Positions 43,842 through 54,390 of a stretch of DNA of 60,713 nucleotides are shown piece after piece; the first letter of the stretch is position 1; the number at the start of each line of letters is the position of its first letter. The DNA is from Savitreella phatthalungensis (Eukaryota): the NCBI GenBank assembly GCA_051599415.1, contig AP039691.1, positions 682,001 through 742,713 on the forward strand, read 5' to 3'. The translations under genes and the position numbers were made by a program. The notes beneath the pieces were generated by a model that saw only the letters and a program-made list of their open reading frames with translations, ran no database searches and was not told the origin of the DNA.

Positions 43842-45632
43842 ATGTCAGATTCGAGAGGTCGCGGAGGATCAAGGCGTCGTGGGCGTGGCGATGGCCGCGC
43901 CCGGAAGCTAAGGGAGGACCGGCCGTCTGGAAAGGGTGCTCAAGAGCCGCAGCCATCAGCTCGACCTGTTATCGCGACTCAGGCAGCCGCTCTGCAGCAC
44001 AGTGCGCCGGACGCTGCAAAGCAAAGCGGTCAACCGGACTTCTCGACGGAGACTTTTGAATCGCTTCGCAGCGTCGTCGACGACCGCGTCCTCGATACAC
44101 TGAAGCTCGATCTAAAGTACTCATTGATGACTCCCGTCCAAGCTGCCGCTGTACCAGCACTCGTGCGGCAGGGTATTGATTGTCTTGTGCAGGCCAAGAC
44201 CGGCTCAGGCAAGACCTTCACTTTTCTGTTGCCAGCTATTCAGAAGATGCTCAGCGACAGTAGTAGACTTCGGGGAAAGGTCTCGTGCCTGATCATTACA
44301 CCGACGCGCGAGCTAGCACTGCAAATCGAGGTGGAAGCTCAGTCCCTGCTACAGCGGCTTCGTGGATCACGCATTCGCCATGCAATTGGCGGCACCAACA
44401 AGATCTCTGAGCAGAAAGGTTTGATTGAGGGATGCGACATCCTCGTCGCCACTCCCGGCCGCCTACTTGACCACTTGTCAGAGCAAAGTGTTGTCGAGAC
44501 ATTGTCAAATTTGCAGAGCGTCGTGCTCGATGAGGCAGATCGTCTTCTTGACATGGGTTTCCTCCCCGATCTCAAGCGTATCTTCGCGTTTCTGCCTGAT
44601 CGCCGGCGGACGCCACGTCAAGGCATGTTGTTTTCTGCTACCATTGCTGATCATGTGAAGCAGGTTGCCGGACTAGTTTTGAAAGAGAACTACCAGTTCA
44701 TCTCCACAATCCCTGCCGGCGAGGCAGGAACCCACGAAAAAGTTCCGCAGACTCTGCTCGTGGTTGAGAGCTTCGCAGACATGGCCCCTGCACTTGTCGA
44801 AAGTGTTCGGAATGAACTTAATTCAGCTTCAGGTGAGTTCAAGGCCATCGTGTTCGCCCAGACAGCGGCGATGGCAGACTGGTTCGCCGCAATCGTGGGT
44901 TCGAGTACTCCCCAGGTGCCGTGCTCTGTCCTCCATGCGAGACTGTCGCAGTCCAAACGGACATCCATCACGAACGCCTTCTCAGCTTCCCGGACTTCAA
45001 TCATTGTCGCGACAGACGTGATTGCTCGCGGCATGGACTTTCCGAATGTCACGCATGTCTTCCAAGCGGGCGTACCCGCGGACCGTGAGTCTTACATCCA
45101 CCGGCTTGGTCGAACTGCTCGCGCAGGCAAGGACGGACGTGGATATTTCATTGTTACCCGCGAAGAAACATTCTTCCCGGAGAAATTGCTCAAGGAGGTG
45201 CCATTCAAAGTTCTGGCGCCGTATTCGCCAACTCCTGCGGTACGCGAGGAATGCGACGCTGTTGCTGTAGCGTATGGTCAGCAAGAGAAAACGTACCAGG
45301 CCTGGTTGGGATACTACAAAGGCTATGCTAACAAGCTCCGTTGGTCTCCTGCAGAGCTCGTCGCGAAAGCCAATGAGTTCAGCCTTTCGGCTCTACGTGC
45401 GCAGGAGGTGCCTGCGTTGCAGCGAAAGACTGTCGGCAAGATGGGTCTCAAAGGAGTTCCCGGCTTGAGACTAAGGGCAAACGACGATGTAAGCCCAAGC
45501 GCACGCACTTCCGGGACATCCACCCCGGTTCGTAAAGTCGCCGGTGGTAACGGACGTCTATCCGAGGACTTAGCGAGCCGGGCTACGCGCGGCATGCGTC
45601 AGGCTCGACGACCGCATCGTCAAGGCGACTGA
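43842..45632 (+). CDS. DEAD-box RNA helicase, Mss116/CYT-19-like
   Basis: Q motif, AKTGSGKT, PTRELA, DEAD, SAT and HRLGRTAR; C-terminal extension YQAWLGYY/KMGL typical of the Mss116 clade. Confidence 0.88.
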   Translation: MSDSRGRGGSRRRGRGDGRARKLREDRPSGKGAQEPQPSARPVIATQAAALQHSAPDAAKQSGQPDFSTETFESLRSVVDDRVLDTLKLDLKYSLMTPVQAAAVPALVRQGIDCLVQAKTGSGKTFTFLLPAIQKMLSDSSRLRGKVSCLIITPTRELALQIEVEAQSLLQRLRGSRIRHAIGGTNKISEQKGLIEGCDILVATPGRLLDHLSEQSVVETLSNLQSVVLDEADRLLDMGFLPDLKRIFAFLPDRRRTPRQGMLFSATIADHVKQVAGLVLKENYQFISTIPAGEAGTHEKVPQTLLVVESFADMAPALVESVRNELNSASGEFKAIVFAQTAAMADWFAAIVGSSTPQVPCSVLHARLSQSKRTSITNAFSASRTSIIVATDVIARGMDFPNVTHVFQAGVPADRESYIHRLGRTARAGKDGRGYFIVTREETFFPEKLLKEVPFKVLAPYSPTPAVREECDAVAVAYGQQEKTYQAWLGYYKGYANKLRWSPAELVAKANEFSLSALRAQEVPALQRKTVGKMGLKGVPGLRLRANDDVSPSARTSGTSTPVRKVAGGNGRLSEDLASRATRGMRQARRPHRQGD

Positions 45633-45649
45633 ACATCACAGACGTAGAC

Positions 45650-46414
45650 TCAGAGCTCCTTGAATAGTTGAGCAAATGTGCGCACGTACTCAAGTGGGTC
45701 CTTGTTGCCGACCAGGTGGAAGTCACGTCGCCGGCCGATTACCAAGACATCTGGCACTGCGTCTATGCCGTTCATTCGGTTTTCTCTCACAATCTGTTCC
45801 ACTTGATCCGCGTATTCATCGCCCTTCAGGAAGCGGTGCACGTCAAGAGTGAGACCAGCCTCATCGACGGCAGTCTGGAGAGTTTCCGCGCTTGCTGGCG
45901 GCCTGCTTTCCTCAAAATAAAGCCTATAGAGTGCCTCCATGAATGCTTCTGTCTTTCCAGTCGCTAAACCATAAGTCTTGAGACTTCTGTCGGCGTGTCG
46001 TTTGTCGTACGCCTGGACCCACTGCAGAGTGCGGTGCGCATGCAGTGTGTGGCTGACAGTACCGTCATAGGAGAGTTCAATGCCGCGCGTTCTTGCGCGC
46101 GCTTGCATAGCACAGATCATTTCGTCGCAAGCGACTCTATCTCCATGACATTTTGCGAGATACCATTCGTACTTGTTTGATTCCTTCAAGCCTTCAGCAA
46201 GAAAGAAGGGTTTGTACGTTATCTCGAAGCTCATAGGCAAGGGGAATTTGGAAAGATCAATGCCGGGCGGTGATTCAGTCTCATCAAGGGCCAGAAATGC
46301 CCGTACCTGTGTCGCGGACATTTGAACGATAGCCAGGGCAGCACGCAGTGACTTGCGAGCGAGATACGTGTAAGGACAGATCGTGTCGAGAGTGAATTCA
46401 ATGGATACCGTCAT
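45650..46414 (-). CDS. DsbA-like (FrnE-type) thioredoxin-fold protein
   Basis: FTLDTICPYTY, TLHAHR, LYRLYFEE and GIDAVP motifs. Confidence 0.82.
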   Translation of the reverse strand: MTVSIEFTLDTICPYTYLARKSLRAALAIVQMSATQVRAFLALDETESPPGIDLSKFPLPMSFEITYKPFFLAEGLKESNKYEWYLAKCHGDRVACDEMICAMQARARTRGIELSYDGTVSHTLHAHRTLQWVQAYDKRHADRSLKTYGLATGKTEAFMEALYRLYFEESRPPASAETLQTAVDEAGLTLDVHRFLKGDEYADQVEQIVRENRMNGIDAVPDVLVIGRRRDFHLVGNKDPLEYVRTFAQLFKEL

Positions 46415-46528
46415 CTTCCAGACTATGTTCACACGACTGACGCGATTGCTTCGATCCTGCCGGGCTCTTTCTTGTACGGTATAAGTTCATCTGACAAGCC
46501 ATTGGGATCCAATCACCGCTGCATCGCC

Positions 46529-48868
46529 TCAGCGGCCTGAGCGATCTGCGCGCGACGCTATCAAATTGAGTGCGGAGCCGGCACGGAAAAAGTCGATCTG
46601 GTCCTTGGACATGGTGTGCATTGTGGGGATCACTAAGGTCGTCCCGTCCTTGCTTGTGACCTCCAGCTTGATCTGCGCAGTCGATCCTGCGGACCCTACC
46701 AGGTCAAGCAGACCGAGAGTGCGGACACGGTCGCATGCCGAAAGCTTCTCATAATCTGCCTCATTGGCGAATGTGAGCGGCAGCACTCCTTGCTTCTTTA
46801 GATTTGTCTCGTGAATGCGAGCGAAGGATTTAGCGAGAATGATGCGACCCGCCAGAGCCCGTGGCTGTAGCGCGGCGTGCTCTCTCGCACTGCCTTCTCC
46901 GTAGTTATGTTCTGCCACCACTAGCCATTCCTGGCCGCGATCCCGCCATGCTTCCATGAGTTCCGGAATGGTGTACTGGGAGCCGTCGACATCGTACGCC
47001 TTATTGGTCTCGCCGGTCTCGCTGTTGACTGCGCCGATCAGCGTGTTCTTGCAAATATTGCTCAGATGGCCCTTGTACTTCAGCCAAGGTCCAGCTGCGG
47101 AAATGTGGTCGGTCGTGCACTTTCCTTGCACTTTGACGACAATACGCAGATCAAGCTCTTGACCTGCAAATGGCGCAAAAGGCTTGAGCAACTCGAGACG
47201 ATCGCTGGACGGACTCACCTTGATGTCCACGCTCGAGTCAGGCTGTGGACATGCCTCTGGTAAGTACGACGCATCGCCAATCTCGAATCCTGCACGTGGC
47301 AATTGGTCGCCACGCGGTGCAACGAAGGAAAAGGGACCGTTTGGCGTGGGAATCGAGTCCGTGGCTGGATTGAAGGCTAAATCTTCGCTGAAGATCTTGG
47401 CAGCGACAATTTCTGGCGCGGCCAAGAAGTTCATCGTCTTCGCGTTTCCATCGTTACGTGCCTTGAAGTTGCGATTGAAGGAGGTCAAAATTGCATTGTC
47501 TTCCACAGGCTGCCCTTTTTCGGGCGACACGTCCGTGCGTTGCCACTGACCGATACAAGGACCGCATGCATTGGCGAGTACCGTCGCACCAGCCGACTCG
47601 AGGATGCTTGTCAAACCATCACGTTCAATTGTAGCGCGGATCTGTTCCGAGCCAGGCGTCACGAGCAATGGAGTCTTCGGCTTCAAACCAGCGGCCGACG
47701 CCTGACGAAGGACATCGGAAACACGTGACATATCCTCGTAGCTCGAGTTCGTGCAAGAACCTATCAGACCGACAGACAAGGTCTTCGGCCAGCCATTAGC
47801 GTCAATAGCCTGTCCGAAGGACGCCAATGGTGTTGAGAGGTCGGGTGTGAAGGGACCATTAACGCATGGCTCGATTTCATCAAGGTTGATCTCGATCGTG
47901 TGATCATATGTCGTATTCGCGTCCGCAGACAAGTATTCGTGAGCGTGCTGGTCAGCTTCAGCTGCTACGCTCTCGCGTCGCGTCGCTCTCAAATACTCAC
48001 GCATACTGCCAGAGTACGGGAAGAGAGACGTGGTTGCGCCAACTTCGGCACCCATGTTACAGATGGTCGCCATGCCTGTACAGCTAATAGTCTCTGTCCC
48101 GGGGCCAAAATATTCGATGATGTGCCCAGTCCCTCCACGTACCGTGAGCAATCCCGCAAGATGCAGAATCAGATCCTTCGGCGAGGCCCATGCATTCAAA
48201 GAACCAGTCAGACGAACGCCGATGATCTTAGGGGCCTTGAGTTCCCAGGGCGTCCGTGTCATGGCATCGACTGCATCTGCGCCACCGACTCCGATGGCGA
48301 TCATGCCAAGGCCGCCGGCATTTGGCGTGTGCGAGTCCGTACCGAGCATCATACCGCCGGGCGCGGCGTAGTTCTCGAGGACGATCTGATGAATGATCCC
48401 GCTGCCAGGGCCCCAGAACTGGAGACCATATTTTCGAGCGGCAGATTCCAGAAAATCGAAGATCTCCCGATTGTCATCGATCGAGGCTTCGAGGTCCGTC
48501 GCAGCACCCTTGTGCCCGACGATCAGATGATCGCAATGCACGGATGCTGGCACGGCGCTCGTTGGTAGGCCGCAGGTCAAAAACTGTAGAAGAGCCATCT
48601 GAGCCGATGCATCCTGCATGGCAACCCGGTCGGGATGCAGCTTCAAATAGACATTCCCTCGCACGTCCCTCTGTCCTGATAGAGACTCCTCCGGGGAGAC
48701 GAGATGCGAGTAGAGAATCTTCTCCGCAAGCGCAAGAGGTCGATCGAGAATACGACGGACCTGCTTCAAGTTATCCGTCAGATGAGCATAAGGCGGCGCC
48801 ACACGGCTGTTGTCTGGTACGCGGGCATGCGTAGCAAGCGCTCGCGAGAGGCGAGTGACGCGCTGCAT
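46529..48868 (-). CDS. ACO2: Mitochondrial aconitase-family protein Aco2 (homocitrate dehydratase)
   Basis: DRVAMQDASAQM, HCDH, GSCTNSS, ANACGPCIG and TTDHISAAG motifs; presequence MQRVTRLSRALAT; DASAQ and PPY features are typical of ACO2. Confidence 0.88.
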   Translation of the reverse strand: MQRVTRLSRALATHARVPDNSRVAPPYAHLTDNLKQVRRILDRPLALAEKILYSHLVSPEESLSGQRDVRGNVYLKLHPDRVAMQDASAQMALLQFLTCGLPTSAVPASVHCDHLIVGHKGAATDLEASIDDNREIFDFLESAARKYGLQFWGPGSGIIHQIVLENYAAPGGMMLGTDSHTPNAGGLGMIAIGVGGADAVDAMTRTPWELKAPKIIGVRLTGSLNAWASPKDLILHLAGLLTVRGGTGHIIEYFGPGTETISCTGMATICNMGAEVGATTSLFPYSGSMREYLRATRRESVAAEADQHAHEYLSADANTTYDHTIEINLDEIEPCVNGPFTPDLSTPLASFGQAIDANGWPKTLSVGLIGSCTNSSYEDMSRVSDVLRQASAAGLKPKTPLLVTPGSEQIRATIERDGLTSILESAGATVLANACGPCIGQWQRTDVSPEKGQPVEDNAILTSFNRNFKARNDGNAKTMNFLAAPEIVAAKIFSEDLAFNPATDSIPTPNGPFSFVAPRGDQLPRAGFEIGDASYLPEACPQPDSSVDIKVSPSSDRLELLKPFAPFAGQELDLRIVVKVQGKCTTDHISAAGPWLKYKGHLSNICKNTLIGAVNSETGETNKAYDVDGSQYTIPELMEAWRDRGQEWLVVAEHNYGEGSAREHAALQPRALAGRIILAKSFARIHETNLKKQGVLPLTFANEADYEKLSACDRVRTLGLLDLVGSAGSTAQIKLEVTSKDGTTLVIPTMHTMSKDQIDFFRAGSALNLIASRADRSGR

Positions 48869-49145
48869 GAAGAAGAAAGACAAAGCTTTTCTACAGTCTC
48901 TTCTTTTTTCCTCCCTCTGTCTCTCTCGGAGACCTGATGTGAGATATTTCTTTCGAGACCAGGGATGCGGGGAGGGAAAAAAATATTTAGGCCGTATTAT
49001 CAACATCCGCGTACAGTGAAAATATGTACGCACCGGCATATGAGCCTCGATGCATTTCAGTAGTGTTGCTTAAAATAGCTTGGTTTGAAGCGACAGTCGA
49101 AGGGAGAAGGCCGGCGGCCAGTGTCTGACCTGCAGAAGCGACGGG

Positions 49146-50999
49146 ATGGAGAACGAGCTTCTCTTGCTCCTTGCTGAAGCACAACGCGTCAGTAAAGATG
49201 GAGGCAGCACGCTTGATTTGAGTGACAAGCGAATCAAGACCGTGACCCAGGAGGTAATCGATATCATGCGCGACCGCGTCTCGCGTCTTGCTTTGGGGCA
49301 CAACTTGCTGACCTCCCTACCTAAGGGAATTGAGTCGCTCTCACGGCTGCGCTATCTCAACATCCGCAGCAACTATCTTCGAGAATTTCCCGCGGTTCTC
49401 TGCGGGATGCCGTCCTTGGAAATACTTGACATCAGTCGCAACAAGATTCGATACCTTCCCCGTGAGCCTGGCAGCCTGCTCACGCTCAAAGTTCTGTCGA
49501 TCAGCAAGAACAGAATCGAGCGTTTACCCGGCTATATGTCTAAGATGGCTGAACTTCGCATCCTCAAATTGGATCACAACCCTATTGTATATCCGGCTAG
49601 AGAAGTGACTTCGTTTGAAGGCGGCGACGACGCTATGGACGAATGGCTTTCAGCATTGCGTCAGCACTTGCTCGTTTACGGCGACGGGCAGGTGAGCAGC
49701 TCAGACGGCGAGGATGATGATGTCGATTTGAAAGCACCTCCGCCTATACCGAGCAAGAACATGCATCGCAACGGCTCAAAGTCTGTCAGTGCAATTCGAG
49801 GTGGCGGAGTTCCGATGGCGATAGAGCGATCACGCTCCAACAGCGGCGGGCAACACACTCGTGGCTTTTCACAGGACTTCTCTGGCAGTGAGACCGCGAC
49901 GGACCCGCAGCAAAATTCCAGGGCGTACTTCCGCAGGTTATCGAGCCTGCCTCAGAGTAAGCGCATCTCCTTGAGCACGGCTCGCGTCGTCGAGTCGTCT
50001 CGAGGAATGCTCTTTTCGCTGTCACAAATTCAACAGGCAGTTAGACAATACGTCGCTTTCTGTGCTGATCCGCAACTTGCAGGCTCGCTGAATCGTGTTC
50101 TTTACAATGCAAACTCGCACATCGGAGCACTAGTCGGTGTGTTGGAGACGCATGAGGCGAAACCCGACGGCGCAGAAGCTACGCCTGTCCTCGAAGCATG
50201 CAGGGCGTGCGTCGGAGCCTTTCGCGCTGCTGTCAAAATTCTCCACACAAGACTCGAAGACATAACCTCGCAAGCAGATATCCGTTACACGCGAACCCTT
50301 CTGCTTCTTCTTTATGGCGCAGCTGCGGAAATTCAGAACTCTTGGGCAGCGCTCCGGAGCAGTGCCCCCCGCGCCCCTCTTCGCGCTGCCTCTCTGGGCT
50401 CCTTCTCTGCTGCGCCGCCATCTAGCTCGATGAGCAGCGACGAGCAATTATTCGATAAAATAGAACAAGCTACGACCGCGACCCTATCTCTTCTATCGTT
50501 ATTGGGGGATGCTATTTCAAAATCAGCTCTGGCGTCTGCGCAAGGACCGATGACTCCTGGCGCGGTATCCCCGGCGCTCAACATCAAGCTGCGTGAGCTG
50601 GCTAGCAATGCTTTGAGCGCCGGGGAAGTAACTCGCAGGCTGAAGAACAAGCTCGCTGGCGTTGAGCTGTTGCGCGTAGACGCTATCGAAAGACGAAAAT
50701 TCGCAGAGGACACATCTTTCTTTGTCAAAGCCGTCATTAATGTCGCTGCGCTCGCGAAGTCTGTCTCGAGTGAATACCCGTTTTCCAAGACGATATTGGC
50801 TTCACTCTCGATTGTCACGCGCTCAACGAAAGAATTGACGATACTGTTCTCCGTCAGCTCTTTTCAAGCCAAGCAGACGGCTGTCTCTCCCTCCGTAGCA
50901 GTCGCCACGACGGCCAGCGCGACCGGCGCTCTCATGGCTCCCACTCCGCTGTCCGCCGCTCTAGGCCCTGCCCAGGCCGTTTTGACGCCTGAGTACTAG
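49146..50999 (+). CDS. SOG2: RAM/MOR network LRR protein Sog2/Lrp1
   Basis: N-terminal LRRs; SOG2 domain motifs YFRRLSSLP, DIRYTRTLLLLLYGAAAEIQNSW and TPLSAALGP. Confidence 0.85.
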   Translation: MENELLLLLAEAQRVSKDGGSTLDLSDKRIKTVTQEVIDIMRDRVSRLALGHNLLTSLPKGIESLSRLRYLNIRSNYLREFPAVLCGMPSLEILDISRNKIRYLPREPGSLLTLKVLSISKNRIERLPGYMSKMAELRILKLDHNPIVYPAREVTSFEGGDDAMDEWLSALRQHLLVYGDGQVSSSDGEDDDVDLKAPPPIPSKNMHRNGSKSVSAIRGGGVPMAIERSRSNSGGQHTRGFSQDFSGSETATDPQQNSRAYFRRLSSLPQSKRISLSTARVVESSRGMLFSLSQIQQAVRQYVAFCADPQLAGSLNRVLYNANSHIGALVGVLETHEAKPDGAEATPVLEACRACVGAFRAAVKILHTRLEDITSQADIRYTRTLLLLLYGAAAEIQNSWAALRSSAPRAPLRAASLGSFSAAPPSSSMSSDEQLFDKIEQATTATLSLLSLLGDAISKSALASAQGPMTPGAVSPALNIKLRELASNALSAGEVTRRLKNKLAGVELLRVDAIERRKFAEDTSFFVKAVINVAALAKSVSSEYPFSKTILASLSIVTRSTKELTILFSVSSFQAKQTAVSPSVAVATTASATGALMAPTPLSAALGPAQAVLTPEY

Positions 51000-52408
51000 C
51001 CGACGAAGACTTTGATGATGGATGCGACCATGATGACTATACCGAAGACCACGCAAGTGCCGGCGGCAATACGCTGGGGCATAGAGGCTTTGGCCTCCCG
51101 AAGGTAACAAAGGGGTGGCAGGATGTATGCCAGTGCACAGGCTGAGGTGCCGCCGGTGATGTCGAGTACGACCCCGAGATCCCCGATGAAGAGACTGATG
51201 GCCATAGCACCAAATACAAAAGCCGATGTCACGATGACGTGCGAGCGTGTGTCGAAGATCCTGGACGAGCGTGGCTCGAAGAAACAATTCACAACCACCT
51301 CGCGACAAACGAAGGCCTCAATTGGCAAAGTCGTGAAGCAGTTAAAGCCGAAGCAGAAACGAGCCAGGATAACGAGCACATCTCCATTGTCACGCGGAAA
51401 GTTATTGAGGATATTCCCGCGCGTGCTCTCGGAGAACACAAGATAGCCTGTCAACGCCATCACCAGGCAGGCCAAGCAGGAGATTCCAGTGGAGATGTGC
51501 GTCACGACCGCGAATCGATCGAGCGTTGGCCGATTGAGCGAGCCGTAGATGAGGAGGGAATTATGGTGGCAGACGAATGCAAATGAAATGACGGACACGG
51601 CCTTCAATCCTGTCCACGCCCAGATGAACGGCTGTGGTGTGGTACGGCCGCGATGAGCTTCTTCCACGAAAGGACCGCGAGTGATGACCGTGAAAATGAT
51701 GAGACACATGCTGACGAGCGCCAGGGCTGATGCTTTAGCCAACTTCGTAATGTCTCGATACAATGATAGCGGGTATGAGATACATACGGTGCACAGAATG
51801 ATCATCACCTGGCGATTCGTGAACAGCCAGAGAACGGGCCGATGTTGCAGCTTTGGGAATGTGCTGGAAACGACGTCCGGTACCGTATCGCCAATGATCA
51901 CGCAGAAGCCGACCATGCCGCCGAAGGCAAACATCGTCTGTGCCAATGAGACGGCGACAAGACCATTGAAGCCGAAGCAAGATTCCACTGTATCCTGATA
52001 GCTCTGTGAGCCTGTGAGCTTTGCGTTCACGACAATCAGACGGATCGTCCAATCGACGACGACAGTGAGAGAGAGCAACAGGACCACGCCAGTGATGTAG
52101 CCGGTGCAAGAAAACGCGTAAGGCAGGCCGATGATGCCCGCACCGATGATACTGTTGGCCATGTTGAAGAAGGAGTTGAGAATTCCTCCTCCGGAACGGG
52201 GTGACCTGATGCCGGACAGTGCTTCTGGCGCATGCCGTGATTCGCGAATCATTGGCGCAGTCCGTTCTGCCAGCAAACGACCGCGTCCGCCCAAGAAAGG
52301 TGCTGCAGCATCTTCATCCCCTTCCGCATCGTCAACGACGACTGCTTCGAGTTCCACATGCGATTCCTCATCCTCCTCTGTTGTCACATCCCCGTCCACG
52401 GACCTCAT
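50996..52408 (-). CDS. AVT2: Aa_trans family vacuolar amino-acid transporter (Avt2-like)
   Basis: NMANSIIGAGIIGLPYA, ISFAFVCHHNS and GNILNNFP motifs; multiple TM helices; first ATG at 52408. Confidence 0.85.
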   Translation of the reverse strand: MRSVDGDVTTEEDEESHVELEAVVVDDAEGDEDAAAPFLGGRGRLLAERTAPMIRESRHAPEALSGIRSPRSGGGILNSFFNMANSIIGAGIIGLPYAFSCTGYITGVVLLLSLTVVVDWTIRLIVVNAKLTGSQSYQDTVESCFGFNGLVAVSLAQTMFAFGGMVGFCVIIGDTVPDVVSSTFPKLQHRPVLWLFTNRQVMIILCTVCISYPLSLYRDITKLAKASALALVSMCLIIFTVITRGPFVEEAHRGRTTPQPFIWAWTGLKAVSVISFAFVCHHNSLLIYGSLNRPTLDRFAVVTHISTGISCLACLVMALTGYLVFSESTRGNILNNFPRDNGDVLVILARFCFGFNCFTTLPIEAFVCREVVVNCFFEPRSSRIFDTRSHVIVTSAFVFGAMAISLFIGDLGVVLDITGGTSACALAYILPPLCYLREAKASMPQRIAAGTCVVFGIVIMVASIIKVFVG

Positions 52409-52444
52409 CACTTGTGACACATATGTAGACACGTACGTATATCA

Positions 52445-52975
52445 TTAATCAGTTCTTTGGTACATATGCAATGTTTCTGACGGAGGGAGAAGCCGCGCCG
52501 AAGCATCCTGCTCTGCAGTCAGCGCAGCCGTAGGCGGTGATACGAGCGCGCCTGACACACAGCTTGGAAGGTTGGCTGCCATTCCTGCAATGCGATTTAG
52601 CCACGCAGGCACGTCCGCTCCACAGAGCCTTTCCGCCAAGTCAGCTGAGAAGTGATTGCAATTGCGCGTCAGCAAGTCGTAGCTCGTGCCCGTGTATTCA
52701 TGCCGCATTTGATCGAGGACATCGCCGATCTCTTGCATGGAGAGCCGGCAGACGCCGACGGCCAAGGTCGTTTTATAGGTCGCATCCGCCGGAACGTCCC
52801 GCGGCTCTGTGCAAAAGACACCAGTCACACCGTCCATGTCGTGGCCGCCGAATTGCCATTCTCGGCCGTCGACCACTACACCAGAATGGTTGATGCCGAG
52901 TCCGACCGACCAAAGCGCACCTGATAGCCAGCTGGAAGGTAAGAGGTCGTACACATTAATGCTGACGGACGTCAT
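52445..52975 (-). CDS. PPPDE/DeSI (C97) deubiquitinating/desumoylating peptidase
   Basis: INVYDL, HSGV (catalytic His) and YDLLTRNCNHF (catalytic Cys). Confidence 0.92.
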   Translation of the reverse strand: MTSVSINVYDLLPSSWLSGALWSVGLGINHSGVVVDGREWQFGGHDMDGVTGVFCTEPRDVPADATYKTTLAVGVCRLSMQEIGDVLDQMRHEYTGTSYDLLTRNCNHFSADLAERLCGADVPAWLNRIAGMAANLPSCVSGALVSPPTAALTAEQDASARLLPPSETLHMYQRTD

Positions 52976-53122
52976 GCGATGCCAGTGAAATAAATCTGTC
53001 CATCACTTTGAACCATTTAACATACGCCCATCATCAACCCACACGCTTGACATCGGCTTGGCCGACACGACAGCTGCGCACTCGCTCATCGACATTTGGA
53101 CTATATCAGTGCTCTCCAACAG

Positions 53123-54226
53123 ATGTCGACCACTGTAGAAAAGATCAAGGAGATCGAGGCCGAGGTCGCCCGGACGCAGGTCAATAAAGCAACAAAGAAG
53201 CATCTGGGTATCTTGCGCAGTAAGCTAGCTCAGTTGCGTCGCGAGCTCATCAATCCTACGACACACGGTGGGTCGCATGGAGGCGAAGGATTTGAGGTCG
53301 CTCGGACTGGTGTCGCCAGTGTCGGATTCATTGGATTTCCCTCTGTCGGAAAGTCGTCCCTGATGACCCGCCTGACCGGCACGTTCTCGGAGGTAGCAGA
53401 ATACGAGTTCACAACCCTTGTTGCCACGGCAGGCGTCATCAAGCACAAAGGAGCCAAGATTCAGATTGTCGATCTTCCTGGTATCATCCAGGGTGCCAAG
53501 GACGGCAAGGGCCGCGGACGACAAGTTATCGCGGCCGCTCGATCCTGTCAACTCATCTTTTTAGTACTCGACGTGCTTAAACCGCTCACGGACAAGGCTG
53601 TCATCGAGGCTGAGCTGGAAGGGTTCGGCATCAGGTTAAACAAGCAGCCTCCCAACATCACATTCAAGAAGAAGGACAAGGGTGGTTTGAATATCACATC
53701 AACCGTTCCCTTGACTAACATTGACCACGACGAGATCCGAGCCGTGTGCCATGAGTACAAGATCAGTTCGGCCGATATTGCGTTCCGCTGCGATGCTTCT
53801 GTCGAGGACTTCATTGACGTAATCGAGGGCAACCGTATTTACATGCCCTGTATTTACGTCCTGAACAAGATCGACCAGATCTCCATCGAAGAGCTTGACA
53901 TGATATATCGCATTCCTAACTGCGTGCCTATTTCGGCTAAGGAAGGTTGGAACTACGATGAGCTACTCGACACGATGTGGGAGAAACTCGATCTCGTCCG
54001 AATCTACACAAAACCGAAAGGTTTACAGCCGGACTACTCCGACCCTGTCGTGCTGAAGAGCAACGCGAAGTCCTGTGAGGACTTTTGCAACGTCATTCAC
54101 AAATCAATCGCGAAGCAATTCAAGCACGCCTACGTATGGGGCTCATCAGTGCGTCATTCGCCGCAGAAAGTAGGAATATCCCACCAGCTCGCGGACGAGG
54201 ACGTGGTGACTATCGTTAAGAGATGA
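53123..54226 (+). CDS. RBG1: DRG-family GTPase Rbg1
   Basis: [23 protein letters not shown] and C-terminal TGS domain; GVASVG and KKDKGG fit the DRG1 subfamily. Confidence 0.9.
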   Translation: MSTTVEKIKEIEAEVARTQVNKATKKHLGILRSKLAQLRRELINPTTHGGSHGGEGFEVARTGVASVGFIGFPSVGKSSLMTRLTGTFSEVAEYEFTTLVATAGVIKHKGAKIQIVDLPGIIQGAKDGKGRGRQVIAAARSCQLIFLVLDVLKPLTDKAVIEAELEGFGIRLNKQPPNITFKKKDKGGLNITSTVPLTNIDHDEIRAVCHEYKISSADIAFRCDASVEDFIDVIEGNRIYMPCIYVLNKIDQISIEELDMIYRIPNCVPISAKEGWNYDELLDTMWEKLDLVRIYTKPKGLQPDYSDPVVLKSNAKSCEDFCNVIHKSIAKQFKHAYVWGSSVRHSPQKVGISHQLADEDVVTIVKR

Positions 54227-54390
54227 GAACAAGCAAAATCATGTCACAGAGCATTGCGGTTAAGCGCTTTGTCTTACTAAACTTTCTATTTACGTGAAGT
54301 GGTCGTTATCGGTTGAAGATGAAAATTTTGAGCCCGGTTGAAAGGGTCAACAGAGTGTCATATGCAGGTCATCACAGACAGCCAGCCCGT

